In this document: positions 31,664-32,000 of the stretch, one piece after another
Position numbering within the stretch: the first letter of the stretch is position 1
Layout: each line of letters begins with the position of its first letter
NCBI RefSeq assembly: GCF_000019605.1
Contig: NC_010482.1
Coordinates: forward strand, 300,001-332,000
DNA from: Candidatus Korarchaeum cryptofilum OPF8
GTDB lineage: Archaea; Korarchaeota; Korarchaeia; Korarchaeales; Korarchaeaceae
Reading direction: 5' to 3'
Length of the DNA stretch: 32,000 nucleotides
The notes under the pieces: generated by a model
Database searches by the model: none
The model's input: the letters and a program-made list of their open reading frames with translations, nothing else
What the model was told of the DNA's origin: nothing
Made by a program: the position numbers and the translations under genes

Positions 31664-32000
31664 TCACCTGTAGATTAAGACGATATCCCCTACGCTCGCG
31701 TTGAGGTCAGCGGCTACAACTGGACATTTAACTAAGAGCATGTGAAATATCCCATTGAAATCCCCCAAAATCTCGTAGTTCCCCTGGCCCTTCGATATCA
31801 CGAGGTCATGCTCCCTGATCCATCTCAGAACTTCCCCGCTCCTCCTATCGGGCCCAGTGCCCTCCTCCCCATTGCTAACTGTCCTCACTTCAACTCCCCC
31901 TACATCAGAGAGGACGTAATGGAAGTCCTCCAGGGTGGCGTCGTTTATCATGGGCCCTCCCTTCACGACGAAAGTGATCTTGACCTCCCTGAGCGAGAGC
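31664..32000 (-). CDS. DUF89 (ARMT1-like damage-control phosphatase) family protein, C-terminal part; 5' end beyond the window
   Basis: The frame stays open to position 32000 (LSLREVKITFVVKGGPMINDATLED). DLVISKGQGNYE and LLVKCPVVAADL are typical DUF89 motifs. The ORF-track start at 31966 is an internal GTG. Confidence 0.65.
   Translation of the reverse strand, partial: LSLREVKITFVVKGGPMINDATLEDFHYVLSDVGGVEVRTVSNGEEGTGPDRRSGEVLRWIREHDLVISKGQGNYEILGDFNGIFHMLLVKCPVVAADLNASVGDIVLIYR

Noticed and set aside
1-32000. Looked for CRISPR repeats, tRNA/rRNA genes, IS elements, integrases, prophage or defence-island content, and long repeats
   Set aside because: The intergenic spacers are all under about 220 nt and are accounted for by promoters and terminators. 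I saw no repeat-spacer periodicity, cloverleaf-sized gaps or recombinase-like ORFs. This conclusion rests on visual inspection only.

Overview
This is a densely coding segment with about 35 protein genes, most with short or overlapping junctions. I saw no rRNA, tRNA or CRISPR array, and no transposase, integrase or recognisable defence gene. Several signs point to a (hyper)thermophilic archaeon: AGG/AGA Arg and ATA Ile codon preference, TATA-like boxes 25-35 nt upstream of first-gene start codons (leaderless or short-leader mRNAs), GGAGGTG-type Shine-Dalgarno sites on internal genes, and an archaeal-type TrpRS and NreA. A TACK/Korarchaeota-like lineage is only a guess. All calls come from reading the translations by eye; no searches were run.

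Content, left to right:
- UPF0282-like MBL hydrolase (partial)
- ACR3 arsenite carrier
- ECF transporter S+T pair without an ATPase
- creatininase-family gene with an apparent homopolymer frameshift
- glycosylated PKD surface protein
- polar amino-acid ABC operon, divergent from an AbrB-ACT regulator
- five-gene translationally coupled redox/kinase operon: GlpA-like dehydrogenase, flavoprotein partner, FGGY kinase, alkyl-DHAP-synthase-like flavoenzyme, Fe-S/CCG protein
- orphan membrane protein
- TrpRS
- Nudix, MoaD/SAMP-like, YbaK-like and acetoacetate-decarboxylase-like genes
- BMP-family (nucleoside-type) ABC operon
- Zn-ADH
- SplB-like radical SAM gene head-to-head with nreA, followed by an unlisted zinc-ribbon ORF
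- MFS transporter, amidohydrolase, divergent ATP-PEPCK-like protein, aminotransferase and DUF89 (partial)

Most of the window looks like ordinary core metabolism and transport. The best candidates for something undescribed are the five-gene operon at 8321-14153, the radical-SAM/NreA/zinc-ribbon locus, the paired-dyad operator next to the AbrB-ACT gene, and the divergent PEPCK-like gene with its repeat-bearing promoter. None is proven.
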